A DNA stretch of 64,000 bases from the NCBI GenBank assembly GCA_965212015.1, contig OZ243037.1, forward strand, positions 128,001 through 192,000, given 5' to 3'. How positions within the stretch are numbered: the first letter of the stretch is position 1; every line of letters begins with the position of its first letter. Made by a program: the position numbers and the translations under genes. Shown here one piece after another: positions 1 through 9,566 of the stretch. Origin of the DNA: Cenarchaeum sp. Lineage in GTDB: Archaea; Thermoproteota; Nitrososphaeria; Nitrososphaerales; Nitrosopumilaceae. The notes beneath the pieces were generated by a model that did not search any database, was not told where the DNA came from, and saw nothing but the letters and a program-made list of their open reading frames with translations.

Positions 1-664
1 TCTCTGGCTGGTATCCTGCCTCAACTAGCGTCTCAAATGCGTTTGTCACCATCGATGCGGCGCCGCCGCAGAGGTCCGCCTGCTCGCCGAACCAGTCAGT
101 CTCTACCTCCTCCTTGAAGGTGGTTCTTATCAGCCCGGCCCTTGCGCTTCCGATCGCCTTTGCAATCCCGAGAGTCCTGTCCCACGCCTTTCCTGTGTAA
201 TCCTGCTGCACTGCCACAATGCTGGGGGTGCCAAAGCCGTCAAGGTATGTCTCCCTTACCTTGGAGCCGGGCCCCTTTGGGGCGACCATTATAACGTCCA
301 CGTTTTTTGGCGCCTCTATCCACTTCCAGTGTATCGCCGCCGCGTGCGAAAACGACAGCGCGTTTGCCTCAGAGACGTTGGGGGCTATCTCTTTTTTGTA
401 CGTCTGCGCCTGCACCATGTCGGGAATCAGCACATGGATGATATCAGACGCCTTGCATGCGTCTGCAACGGACATTACCGTGTGCCCGTCGGCCTCTGCC
501 TTTTTCCACGAGCCGCCCTCCTTTAGGCCCACGATTACGTCCAGTCCAGAGTCCTTCATGTTGTTGGCCTGCGCGTCGCCCTGTATTCCGTATCCAATGA
601 CGGCTATCTTTTGGCCGCGCATGGGATCCAGACTAATGTCCGCATCCTTCCACGTCTGTGCCAT
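1..664 (-). CDS. ilvC: ketol-acid reductoisomerase (3' part runs off the window start)
   Basis: Not in the ORF track. Manual translation from ATG at 664 gives MAQTWKDADISLDPMRGQKIAVIGYGIQGDAQANNMKDSGLDVIVGL, the IlvC N-terminus with the GYGxQG motif. Later motifs are SHGAAIH and VAPKGPG. Confidence 0.95.
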   Translation of the reverse strand, partial: MAQTWKDADISLDPMRGQKIAVIGYGIQGDAQANNMKDSGLDVIVGLKEGGSWKKAEADGHTVMSVADACKASDIIHVLIPDMVQAQTYKKEIAPNVSEANALSFSHAAAIHWKWIEAPKNVDVIMVAPKGPGSKVRETYLDGFGTPSIVAVQQDYTGKAWDRTLGIAKAIGSARAGLIRTTFKEEVETDWFGEQADLCGGAASMVTNAFETLVEAGYQPE

Positions 665-728
665 GTGGCTGGTCTTGAATCATGCAAATATTAACCAATA
701 TCTGCCGCAGCAGAGCCGTACGCGGGGG

Positions 729-1556
729 TCATATCGGCGGGGCGAAATTCAGCCTGAAATCCGGCACCAGATCTTTTTTTCTTGCCATCTCAAAGAGCCT
801 CCTGATGGCCTCCTCGCCGGACTGTCCCATGTCCACCGTCGAGTCGTTTACATACATTTTGACGAACCTTTCTATGGTGCCGTGCGGCTTGCCCCTGGCG
901 TACTTCATTGCGTATTGCATCGCCTCGTCCGGGTTCTCGCGGCCAAACACTATGGATGCCTGGAGATACTTGTCAAAGTTGTGTATGGCGTCGGTGCCAA
1001 GGCCGCTGCGCATGACGTTGATTCCAAGCGGCACCGGAAGGCCCGTCGTCTCGTCCCACCACTCCCCGACGTCTGCTATCTTGACATTGCCCTCCCGCTC
1101 GTATGACAGCTGCGTCTCGTGTATCACCAGGCCGGCGTCTGCCGTGCCGTCCCTTACCGCGCCTGGAATGTCGCTAAAGTTCATCTCGACGTGCTCGAAG
1201 CGTCCGATCATTAGCTGCAGCAGCAAAAACGCCGAAGTCATCCTGCCGGGAATCGCCACCCTGACGTTTTTTATCTCGTCAAGTGAGATTTGTTTTTTCG
1301 CCGTGACTATGGGCCCGTAGCCCAGCCCAAAGCTTCCGCCGCTCCTGAGAATGGTATAGTCCGGAATGTACGCGCATGCGTGGACAGACACGGCAGTGAC
1401 GTCCAGCCCGGGGCTTGTCGCCCTTTTGTTCAGCTTTTCAATGTCCTCTATTACGTGCCTTACCGTAAAGTCCGGCGACGGCAGCTTTCCCGTAAGCATG
1501 CCATAAAACATGAATGCGTCATCAGAGTCCGGCGTATGGCCAACTGAAATCTCCAC
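729..1556 (-). CDS. mqnD: MqnD-family 1,4-dihydroxy-6-naphthoate synthase (futalosine menaquinone pathway)
   Basis: Motifs GHTPDSDDAFMFY, GGSFGLGYGP, GLVIHE and LPVPLG. Likely GTG start at 1556; the track ORF is over-extended. Confidence 0.85.
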   Translation of the reverse strand: MEISVGHTPDSDDAFMFYGMLTGKLPSPDFTVRHVIEDIEKLNKRATSPGLDVTAVSVHACAYIPDYTILRSGGSFGLGYGPIVTAKKQISLDEIKNVRVAIPGRMTSAFLLLQLMIGRFEHVEMNFSDIPGAVRDGTADAGLVIHETQLSYEREGNVKIADVGEWWDETTGLPVPLGINVMRSGLGTDAIHNFDKYLQASIVFGRENPDEAMQYAMKYARGKPHGTIERFVKMYVNDSTVDMGQSGEEAIRRLFEMARKKDLVPDFRLNFAPPI

Positions 1557-1672
1557 AGGGTGGCTCTGAGGCCTTGCTATAAAAATGCAAGTCGATCGCA
1601 GCCCGGATGCGGCGGCTTTTTTTTGCGGCGCGGCGGGCCGATCCCGGCGGGTAAAAACTTTAATCGGCATAC

Positions 1673-2014
1673 ATGGGAGCCATACACGTGGCCAAATCCG
1701 AGCTAGACGGCATGATAGTGCAGATGAGACGGCGGATCGGGAAGCTAAAGGGCGAGCTGGAACGGCTCGGCGAGCCTGAGGCGCTGCCAGAGATGATCCA
1801 GTCGACGAACATAATCCGGACAAACGAGCACCTTGCCAGGACAAACCAGAAAAAATCCGAGCTGCTGGCAGAATACGACGAGTATTCCGGGCGCCTCGAG
1901 GATCTTCTCCGTGTAGTCTTTGAGATCCAGCACGAGCTAAAGGGGATTATAAAGGAACAGTCCGGAATGATCGGGCCCAAAAGGCGCGCAAAAAAGCGGC
2001 CCGTGACTCACTGA
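1673..2014 (+). CDS. hypothetical coiled-coil protein
   Basis: 113-aa helical ORF with a TATA-like TTTAAT about 25 nt upstream and a basic C-terminus. Confidence 0.7.
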   Translation: MGAIHVAKSELDGMIVQMRRRIGKLKGELERLGEPEALPEMIQSTNIIRTNEHLARTNQKKSELLAEYDEYSGRLEDLLRVVFEIQHELKGIIKEQSGMIGPKRRAKKRPVTH

Positions 2015-3003
2015 GACGCATCGCCTGCCAGAATCCTGTGCGTATCGCCGCCACGGTTTAGAACCAGCGCGCCGTCGGCGTCTATCCTTACCGCACTGCC
2101 GCGGATCTTTTTGCCGCCATAGCTCACAGTTACGTCCCTGCCTATGGTAGATGATCTGTCAGTCCACTGCCTGACAATGTCTGCGTCCCTGCCGGCAGCA
2201 AGCGACTCGAATGCCTTTTCCAGCCCGGCCAGAAACGACTGTACGAGCGGGACGGGGCTGCGGCTGCCCGCCGGGCTGACGAGGCTTGCCGCCCCGGAAT
2301 AGTTCTCCGAGCCGGCTGCTGCCTTTTCTATGGCGCCTGCCGGCACGTCAAAGTTTATCCCCGCCCCAAGCACCATGTGGTCGATCCTGTTTGAGGTCAT
2401 CGAGACGTCGACTAGTATGCCGCAGGCCTTTTTGCCGCCGACTAGCACGTCGTTTGGCCATTTCAAGTCCACTGTCACGCCGAGCGTGTCGGTGATTGCG
2501 TCTGCGAGTGCGACGGATGCGGCAAGCGGAAAGAGCGTCGCAGATGCAAAGCCGTCTTTGGGGTGAAACACCACCGACATCCAGACTCCGCCCCTCGGCG
2601 ATATCCACCTCCTGTTCATCCTGCCCCTTGCACCTGTCTGTCTCTGGGCAATGACGACTGTGCCGTTCTCGCCGCCGTCCTGCGCCGCCCCCAGCGCAAA
2701 GTCCTGGGTGGAGCCTATGGTGTCAAAGTAATAGATCTTTTTTCCGATCCACTGCGTATCGAGTCCGCGGCATATCTCCCACGGCAGGGGCCTGCTTGTG
2801 GGGCCGGCAAGCCTGTATCCGAGCTTGCGCCTAGACTCGACTTTGTATCCGAGTGCGCGAATCCTCCTGACGTGCTTCCAGACTGCGACCCTGCTTATCT
2901 TCAGGGAGCAGCTGAGATCCTGCCCCGAGAGATACCCCTCCCCGTGGTTCCTTAGCATGTATAGCACTTTTTCGAACCCATAGTCGCCCTCGGTGGTGTA
3001 CAT
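2008..3003 (-). CDS. birA: biotin--protein ligase with N-terminal HTH (BirA)
   Basis: HTH motif SGQDLS..LKISRVAVWKHV, plus STQD, QTGARGR and KWPNDV motifs. Start at ATG 3003. Confidence 0.93.
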   Translation of the reverse strand: MYTTEGDYGFEKVLYMLRNHGEGYLSGQDLSCSLKISRVAVWKHVRRIRALGYKVESRRKLGYRLAGPTSRPLPWEICRGLDTQWIGKKIYYFDTIGSTQDFALGAAQDGGENGTVVIAQRQTGARGRMNRRWISPRGGVWMSVVFHPKDGFASATLFPLAASVALADAITDTLGVTVDLKWPNDVLVGGKKACGILVDVSMTSNRIDHMVLGAGINFDVPAGAIEKAAAGSENYSGAASLVSPAGSRSPVPLVQSFLAGLEKAFESLAAGRDADIVRQWTDRSSTIGRDVTVSYGGKKIRGSAVRIDADGALVLNRGGDTHRILAGDASQ

Positions 3004-3037
3004 GCCTTTTGTAGCCGCGTGGCCGGTGCCGTACGTG

Positions 3038-3532
3038 CTAGAACCCGGTCTCAAAGTCAGACCCGCCGTCTGCGTCCGGGACGTCCTCAAATCCCTCCGG
3101 TATCTGATCGGCGGGGACATAGTCCGTAATTGAGGCGCCGATCATGGCAAACATCATTGAAAAGATTGCGGCGTCTGCTATTCCAAAGAACATCATCATC
3201 GGCAGCATGCCCCTAAAGCCGTTCATCTGCTCGCCGAGCCTTTTTTTGTCGCCGGACTTGTACACCTGTACCATCTGCCTCCAGCTTGCCTGCATCTCGT
3301 CGACTCGCCGCCTCACCTCGCCTGTACCATTCTTGGTGACCTGGATCTCGACTTTTTGCCCCATCCATCCCTTTTTGTGCTCCACCATTATCATGCCGCG
3401 CCCCTCGAGCCTTGCCAGGATTTCGTCCAGAATCTTGGGGTCAATCTGTGTGATGTTTTGAATCTCTTCGAATTTTTTGACGCCGCTATTGATTGCGCCT
3501 AGAACCATGACGTCTTCGGACTCGTAATCCAT
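3038..3532 (-). CDS. winged-helix (MarR-like) domain protein with a hydrophobic C-terminal segment
   Basis: wHTH-like pattern (IQNITQIDPKILDEILARLEGRGMI...VTKNG). Likely start at ATG 3532, behind TTTTTATAA. Confidence 0.7.
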   Translation of the reverse strand: MDYESEDVMVLGAINSGVKKFEEIQNITQIDPKILDEILARLEGRGMIMVEHKKGWMGQKVEIQVTKNGTGEVRRRVDEMQASWRQMVQVYKSGDKKRLGEQMNGFRGMLPMMMFFGIADAAIFSMMFAMIGASITDYVPADQIPEGFEDVPDADGGSDFETGF

Positions 3533-3871
3533 GCGTACCGTTCCTGCCCACATTATAAAAAGTTCTAGGACGGCTGCCTTGAGGCGTGATCCGCGGCCGG
3601 ATGCTGCAAAAAACGGGCCGGGTTTGAATCCATGAAATCCCGGAATGATCGCTTGATGGGCAGTCGCGTTTGGCCGCCTTGTTGTTGGCCCATAAATGTT
3701 AAAACATGCAAAGTGTATATTGACATTACTTGATAGGCGGCGTCCATGGAAATATGGCATCGGTGATGTCCCTGTAAGGGGCGTCCCACTAGGTGATTCG
3801 ATTAATAATCCGTGGGTAATCTCTCGATTCAAAGGCATGCCGGAATGCCGGATTTTAGTTTGAATTAGAGA

Positions 3872-4195
3872 TCAGGGGTTTTTGAATTTCTCTCGGATTT
3901 CTTCCGGAGATGGTATTATTCCGAATAGATTTTCATATCGTTTTAACTCTCTCTGAAGTGTGAGCGTCCATAATTTGAGAGTTAGCGGTGAGGGATTTAA
4001 CGTGCATTCAATCCCTCGATTTATCATTGCCTTTGATCCTTTAAATTTATCACCAGCCAGAGCGTTGCTGAGATCTGGGGTATCGTGTATGACGGTCAGT
4101 TTCAATCCGTCATATTGATTTGAGATTTGACCCGTTACATAGGTGTCCTTGTAAGTTTCACTTTGGTTTACATGAACATCTGGTGCTTCAGACAT
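3872..4195 (-). CDS. hypothetical protein, DUF3467-like
   Basis: AT-rich ORF with YKDTYVTG near the N-terminus and LKRYENLFGII near the C-terminus, resembling DUF3467 proteins. Confidence 0.5.
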   Translation of the reverse strand: MSEAPDVHVNQSETYKDTYVTGQISNQYDGLKLTVIHDTPDLSNALAGDKFKGSKAMINRGIECTLNPSPLTLKLWTLTLQRELKRYENLFGIIPSPEEIREKFKNP

Positions 4196-4491
4196 TAACA
4201 AAATTACCAATATTGGACATATAACTTTTTAATTTGTGCCTAGGTACGAGGTCACCTGCCATGCCTAAAAGACAACCATGATGCAAAATTCACGCCCATT
4301 TCTAGTCAAGCCTGCATCTGCTGTGTGATGCGCACACCTGCCAAAAACACCCGTTAATGAATCTCCCATGCGCGCCAAGCTTGTCTGTGATAGAATCAGG
4401 CCGATCTTGATCATTCCAGTCACAATCCGCACTGATCCGGTATTTGGAATCGAGCGTCTAGGTTATTAACTGCCGCGCGCGCAAATGCCTC

Positions 4492-4902
4492 ATGGAGACT
4501 GACGGCCACACAGACGAAGAAATCCGGCAGATACTCGGATACAAGAGGGTGGCAGTGATAGGCATTTCGCGCGATCCGCAAAAGGCGGCCCACTATGTCC
4601 CAAAGTACCTCTCTGAGAACGGCTATAATGTGACGCCGGTCAATCCCGGCGCCGACGAAATACTGGGCAAAAAATGCTATTCCGGGATAAAAGAGGTGGA
4701 TCATGCAATTGATATTGTCGACGTGTTTCGCCCATCCGGACAGGTAATGTCCGTAATCCGGGACGTGATCGAAAAAAAACCAAGGGTGGTGTGGCTGCAG
4801 GAGGGAATCCACGATGCAGAGGCAGAGCGGCTGGCCGGCGAGGCGGGAATTGACGTCGTCTTTAACCGCTGCATGCTCGCCGAGCACAGGCGACTGGGAT
4901 GA
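4492..4902 (+). CDS. CoA-binding protein (YccU family)
   Basis: Motifs VAVIGIS, PVNP, IDIVDVFR, VWLQEG and NRC. Confidence 0.9.
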   Translation: METDGHTDEEIRQILGYKRVAVIGISRDPQKAAHYVPKYLSENGYNVTPVNPGADEILGKKCYSGIKEVDHAIDIVDVFRPSGQVMSVIRDVIEKKPRVVWLQEGIHDAEAERLAGEAGIDVVFNRCMLAEHRRLG

Positions 4903-5252
4903 CACTTGAGGATTTTTACGGTGCGCTAAAAGATCTTGCCGCGCTGCACGCAAAAAAGGACACCCGCATCCGAATCGACTACAAAAAAGACTCTGACCTG
5001 ATACGCGTCTTCGGCGAGGGGGCCACTGCGCTTGCGCGTGCGCGATGCGGGCTCGGCGACGTGCAGGAGCTGTCGTATGATGCAGCAGAGCACCACCCGT
5101 TCTGGAACATGCTGTACTGCTGCTCTGAGATATCGCAGACCATACTGGAAAAGTGGGAGGGGCGCCTCACAAGGGAGGAGCTCGACGAGATCCGGTGGTC
5201 CATTGACGAGCTGAAAAACTCCCTTGCAAACCTGCAAAAAAACCGGGAATAG
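4899..5252 (+). CDS. hypothetical protein
   Basis: 117-aa ORF with an ATGA overlap on the upstream gene and typical codon usage. Confidence 0.7.
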   Translation: MTLEDFYGALKDLAALHAKKDTRIRIDYKKDSDLIRVFGEGATALARARCGLGDVQELSYDAAEHHPFWNMLYCCSEISQTILEKWEGRLTREELDEIRWSIDELKNSLANLQKNRE

Positions 5253-5259
5253 GCCGCGC

Positions 5260-5622
5260 TCACTTTATTCTGTGATATACCACCTTGAACTCCTCGGCAA
5301 GCGTGTATGCGAGGTTTAGCAGGTGGCACAGCTCAGTCATTGTGTTTTTGTCGTGTGCCAGCTGGCGCAAAAACGTCAGCGCCTTTGCGTCAGAGTTTGG
5401 GTCTAGCGCCTCCTTGCCGCTCCACGTCCTAAACGCAAAGGCGACATCGAGACAAAAGTTCAAAATAAACTCTTTTGCGTGCGCGACTGGCCTCTTTGAC
5501 TCCGGCACACTCCAGAATATCGCCTCCTCGAGTGCGACAAACTCGTTTTTCCTGTTGATCAGCAGCATGTCTAGCGCCTTTTTCGTCCTGCCCAGCTCAT
5601 AGCTCTGCTTTAGCATGGTCAT
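5260..5622 (-). CDS. hypothetical protein
   Basis: 120-aa helical ORF filling the gap between genes, with an AT-rich promoter region upstream. Confidence 0.65.
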   Translation of the reverse strand: MTMLKQSYELGRTKKALDMLLINRKNEFVALEEAIFWSVPESKRPVAHAKEFILNFCLDVAFAFRTWSGKEALDPNSDAKALTFLRQLAHDKNTMTELCHLLNLAYTLAEEFKVVYHRIK

Positions 5623-5746
5623 ACAGTATGTTGGTCTTGAGAAACTTAAGTGATATGATGGATTTTCCTTGCAAACATTTGAAAAACCCCTAAAATACCA
5701 AACATCCGTATGATTCGTCAGGTGCGCGCCAATACCGCCGGAACGT

Positions 5747-7093
5747 CTAATCTGTCCTCATCCAGACCGTCCGTCCGGCCTCGTCTGTCAGCTCTATTCC
5801 CATGCCTCCAAGCTCGTCTCTGATGCGATCGGCCTCGCCGTACCTCTTTTGGTCCCTGCACTCGTCGCGCCGGGAGACCAGCGCCTCAATCTGCACCCTC
5901 TCCTCAGGACTAGTCCTCCGGATTTGCAGCCCGAGTGTATTCATCATGTGCTCAAATACCGCAAGGGCGTCGCAGGCGGCGTCCTGCGACATGTCATGGC
6001 CCAGCAGATGGGTCACGAGGCCGTAAAACGCCTCTAGTGCCAGGTGCGTGTTGAGATTGTCATCCAGCGCCGCCTCAAAATCGTCTTTGAACCTGCCTGC
6101 CCCGCTTTTGCCGGTTCCGCCCCCGTGCTGGACCAGCCTGTGGTATGCAAGCCTTGCCCTGTTCCAGTTTGTTTTGTGCTCGCCGAGCAGCTCTTTGGAA
6201 TAGTCAATCGGCTTTGAATAGTGGCCACCAATACAAAACAGCCTGATCACGTTGGGGCTCCACTCCTCCAGCATGCGCCTTACGGACTTTATGTTGCCGG
6301 ATGATTTTGACATCTTTTCGCCCCCTATGGTGATCATTCCCACGTGCATCCAGACCCTTGCAAGCGGCATTCCGGTGTGCGACTCTGACTGTGCAATCTC
6401 GTTTTCGTGGTGCGGAAATATGAGATCCCTTCCGCCCCCGTGGATCTCAAAGTCCGCCCCCAGATACTTTAGGCTCATCGCAGAGCACTCTATGTGCCAT
6501 CCCGGCCTTCCCCTGCCCCACGGGCTGTCCCAGGACGGCTCCGAGTCAGAAAACTTCCACAGCGCAAAATCAAGCGGGTCGCGCTTTCCTGCGTCTATCT
6601 GCACCCTTGCGCCCGCCTCCAGCTCGTCGGTGTTCTTTTTTGAGAGCTTGCCGTATTGGGGAAATCCAGAGACTGCAAAGTATACGCCGTTTTTGGTTAT
6701 GTATGCCATCTTGCGCCTGACCAGGTCGCCGATCAGGACCCTCATCTCCTCGATGTGCTCCGTCGCCCTTGGATATCTTGTCGCGCGCATGACGTTGAGC
6801 TTGTCGAATCCGTCGTGATAGTCCCGGATGTACCGCCGGCTGATCTCAAGTGCGGAGGCGCCCTCGGCTCTTGCCCTGTCGATTATCTTGTCATCCACGT
6901 CAGTAAAGTTCTGTACGAGCTCCACCTGTGCGCCCTTTGACTCGAGGTGCCTGCGAAGTATGTCGAATGTTATGATGGTGCGGGCGTGCCCGATGTGCGA
7001 ATAGTCATAGACTGTCACGCCGCACAGGTATATCCTGACCCTCGGCGGCCCGATGCGCACGTCCCGGCAGGTCAGCGTGTCGCGTATCTCCAT
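5747..7093 (-). CDS. cysS: cysteine--tRNA ligase
   Basis: Motifs CGVTVYDYSHIGHAR, GRPGWHIECSAM and KMSKS. Start at ATG 7093, overlapping the nadE stop. Confidence 0.97.
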   Translation of the reverse strand: MEIRDTLTCRDVRIGPPRVRIYLCGVTVYDYSHIGHARTIITFDILRRHLESKGAQVELVQNFTDVDDKIIDRARAEGASALEISRRYIRDYHDGFDKLNVMRATRYPRATEHIEEMRVLIGDLVRRKMAYITKNGVYFAVSGFPQYGKLSKKNTDELEAGARVQIDAGKRDPLDFALWKFSDSEPSWDSPWGRGRPGWHIECSAMSLKYLGADFEIHGGGRDLIFPHHENEIAQSESHTGMPLARVWMHVGMITIGGEKMSKSSGNIKSVRRMLEEWSPNVIRLFCIGGHYSKPIDYSKELLGEHKTNWNRARLAYHRLVQHGGGTGKSGAGRFKDDFEAALDDNLNTHLALEAFYGLVTHLLGHDMSQDAACDALAVFEHMMNTLGLQIRRTSPEERVQIEALVSRRDECRDQKRYGEADRIRDELGGMGIELTDEAGRTVWMRTD

Positions 7094-7893
7094 TACGGGG
7101 CCGCCTGCGCGCCTCGCTTGTGCTCGCTGTTCCTGTTTAGCTCCAGTATCCTGTCTACGGTATCCTGCGGCATGCCGCATTTTTTTGCAATCTCTTTGGG
7201 CGGCATCCTTTCCATGCAGTACAGTATCTGGTCTATCTGCTCATAGCTTGCGCCGAGCTCCTCCTCGGCGTCGTGGTTTGCCCAGAGGTGCGGGCTGCTT
7301 TTTTTGGCGATTATGCCCTGCGGCACGCCGAGGTGCCTTCCCATCCCCCTTACCTGCAGCTTGTACAGCGAGGATATGGGGGCAACATCCGACGCGCCGT
7401 CGCCGAACTTTGTAAAGTATCCCACCAGCCACTCGCTTTTGTCGCTGGAGCCCAGTACCAGGCGGTTCTTTGAGTTTGCGTAATGGTATAAAATATCCGC
7501 CCTTATGCGCGCCCTCAGGTTTCCTGCGGCGCGCTCGTCGGGCTCGATATACTTTGAGTATTCCTTGAGGATGGGCCGTATGTCGACGAGCCGGTACTCC
7601 ATGCCGAGCAGGTCTGCCAGCTCCAGTGCGTCTTTGGTGTCGCCAGACGGCGAAATCCCCGAATCCGGCATGATAAACGCAGTCGTCTTTTCGCCCGACT
7701 TTGCGCACAGCGCGGCTAGCACCGCCGAGTCCACCCCGCCGCTTAGCCCAAAGACAAAGCCGTCCGAGCCGCTCTTTTCTCTCTGGGAGCGGAGAAAATC
7801 CGTGATGGATTCGGCCGCACCCTGATAGTCAATCCCGGTAATCTCGTCTAGTATGCTGTGCCCCAACGAATCCTGTTGTGCAATTCTTGCCAT
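7093..7893 (-). CDS. nadE: NH3-dependent NAD+ synthetase
   Basis: Motifs GLSGGVDS, GNLRARIR and GYFTKFGDG. Confidence 0.95.
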   Translation of the reverse strand: MARIAQQDSLGHSILDEITGIDYQGAAESITDFLRSQREKSGSDGFVFGLSGGVDSAVLAALCAKSGEKTTAFIMPDSGISPSGDTKDALELADLLGMEYRLVDIRPILKEYSKYIEPDERAAGNLRARIRADILYHYANSKNRLVLGSSDKSEWLVGYFTKFGDGASDVAPISSLYKLQVRGMGRHLGVPQGIIAKKSSPHLWANHDAEEELGASYEQIDQILYCMERMPPKEIAKKCGMPQDTVDRILELNRNSEHKRGAQAAP

Positions 7894-7905
7894 AAAGGTT
7901 GTGTG

Positions 7906-8208
7906 CTAGACGTCTATGTATATCCCGTCTTTTTTCTCCTCAATCCTGTATGTCCCGAGGCTGACGTCGTTGAGATAGTCCAGCAGCTTGCCGGTCTTGT
8001 AGTTGTAGTGCCAGAAATGGTGCGGGCACTCTATTACGTCGCCCTGTATCTTGCCGCATGCGATGGACTGCTCCTGGTGGGCGCACGTGGCCTCTAGCGC
8101 GTGCCATCCGTCCTGGTTGATTACCGCGATTTTTTTTCCGTCCACGGAAAACTCGCCGCTTTTCCCCTTTGGAACAGATCCCCTCTCGGCGATTTTTTTC
8201 CAGGCCAC
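7906..8208 (-). CDS. Rieske [2Fe-2S] ferredoxin
   Basis: Rieske ligands CAH...CPHH. Likely GTG start at 8208. Confidence 0.88.
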   Translation of the reverse strand: MAWKKIAERGSVPKGKSGEFSVDGKKIAVINQDGWHALEATCAHQEQSIACGKIQGDVIECPHHFWHYNYKTGKLLDYLNDVSLGTYRIEEKKDGIYIDV

Positions 8209-8288
8209 GCCCACGTAAAACTTTTGGCACTTATTTAGATTCGCATGCCCGTGATAGAATTTTATATGCTCTGAGAAGCCCTGATGCA

Positions 8289-9536
8289 TTGGCACCGCCG
8301 TACAAGGTCAAAGACATGAGGCTGGCAGGACAGGGAAGGCTCTCCTACGAGTGGGCGCGCTCCCACATGGGGATACTGGACAATACGCTGGAGAGGCTGA
8401 AAAAATCAAAGCCGCTCAGGGGCGTCACGCTCGGGTTCTGCCTCCACATTACAAAAGAGACGGCAGTCCTGCTGATGGGCGCAAAAGAGCTTGGCGCCAA
8501 GGTGGCCGCATGCGGGGGCAATCCGCTTACCACGCAGGACGACATTGCGGCGTTTCTGGCATCGAAGGGAATCCACATCTATGCGTGGAACGATCAGACC
8601 GGCAAAGAGTACGACTGGTGCATCGATGCGGTGCTGGGCCACAGACCGGCGATTCTGACTGACGACGGCGCAGACATGAACATAAAGGCGCACTTTGACG
8701 AGAGGTTTGCGGATTTGGAGATACTCGGCGCCACAGAAGAGACCACTGCCGGCGTCATGAGAATCAGGGCGGTGGAGGCCCAGGGCAAGCTGCGGTATCC
8801 CGTTATGGTGGTGAATGACGCGCACACAAAGCACATGTTTGACAACCGCTACGGGACCGGACAGAGCACCATAGACGGCTTTTTGCGCGCAATGAACCTG
8901 CTGTTTGCATCAAAGCGCATAGTGGTGGTGGGATACGGTTGGGTCGGCAAGGGCGTGGCCGCCAGGTGCAGGGGCATGGGTGCCAAGATAATCGTAACTG
9001 AGGTGGATCCCGTAAAGGCGCTAGAGGCCCACATGGAGGGATACGAGGTGATGCCCATGGCGCGCGCAGCAAGGATTGGCGACATCTTTGTCACGTGCAC
9101 GGGAATGACCGGCGTGATAAGGAGGGAGCACATCAATACCATGAAGGACGGCGCGATTCTGGGAAACGTCGGACACTTTGACGTGGAAATTGACACGGAA
9201 TACCTGCTAAAAAAGTCAAAATCCGTGAAAAAAACCAGGGACAACCTTGATGAGTGCGTGCTTGCCGGCGGCAAGAGGATATACCTTGTCGGCAAGGGCC
9301 GCCTGGCAAACCTGGTGGCAGCAGAAGGCCATCCGCCGGAGGTCATGGCGCAGTCGTTCTCAAATCAGCTGCTCTCCATTCTGTACATACTCAAAAACCA
9401 CGCAAAGATGCAAAACCAGCTGGTGCGGGTCCCCGAGGAGATAGACGTGCAGATAGCACGCGACGCGCTGGCGGCGATGGGCGTGAGAATCGACAAGCTC
9501 ACAGCGGAGCAGACAAGGTACATGAACAGCTGGTAA
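8289..9536 (+). CDS. ahcY: adenosylhomocysteinase
   Basis: Motifs CLHITKET, EETTAG, FDNRYGTGQS, GYGWVGKG and GHPPEVM. Likely TTG start at 8289. Confidence 0.96.
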   Translation: MAPPYKVKDMRLAGQGRLSYEWARSHMGILDNTLERLKKSKPLRGVTLGFCLHITKETAVLLMGAKELGAKVAACGGNPLTTQDDIAAFLASKGIHIYAWNDQTGKEYDWCIDAVLGHRPAILTDDGADMNIKAHFDERFADLEILGATEETTAGVMRIRAVEAQGKLRYPVMVVNDAHTKHMFDNRYGTGQSTIDGFLRAMNLLFASKRIVVVGYGWVGKGVAARCRGMGAKIIVTEVDPVKALEAHMEGYEVMPMARAARIGDIFVTCTGMTGVIRREHINTMKDGAILGNVGHFDVEIDTEYLLKKSKSVKKTRDNLDECVLAGGKRIYLVGKGRLANLVAAEGHPPEVMAQSFSNQLLSILYILKNHAKMQNQLVRVPEEIDVQIARDALAAMGVRIDKLTAEQTRYMNSW

Positions 9537-9566
9537 ACTTTTAAGCCCATCTGCAAAAACCAACCC

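Noticed and set aside
219-1106. 295-aa plus-strand ORF, and many similar overlapping track ORFs
   Set aside because: It is an antisense shadow of ilvC and mqnD. GC-rich codon usage leaves long open shadow frames across the whole window.
5622-5630. TACAGTATG shared with the candidate operator at 58934
   Set aside because: A 9-mer match is expected by chance in 64 kb, and the second palindrome half is absent.
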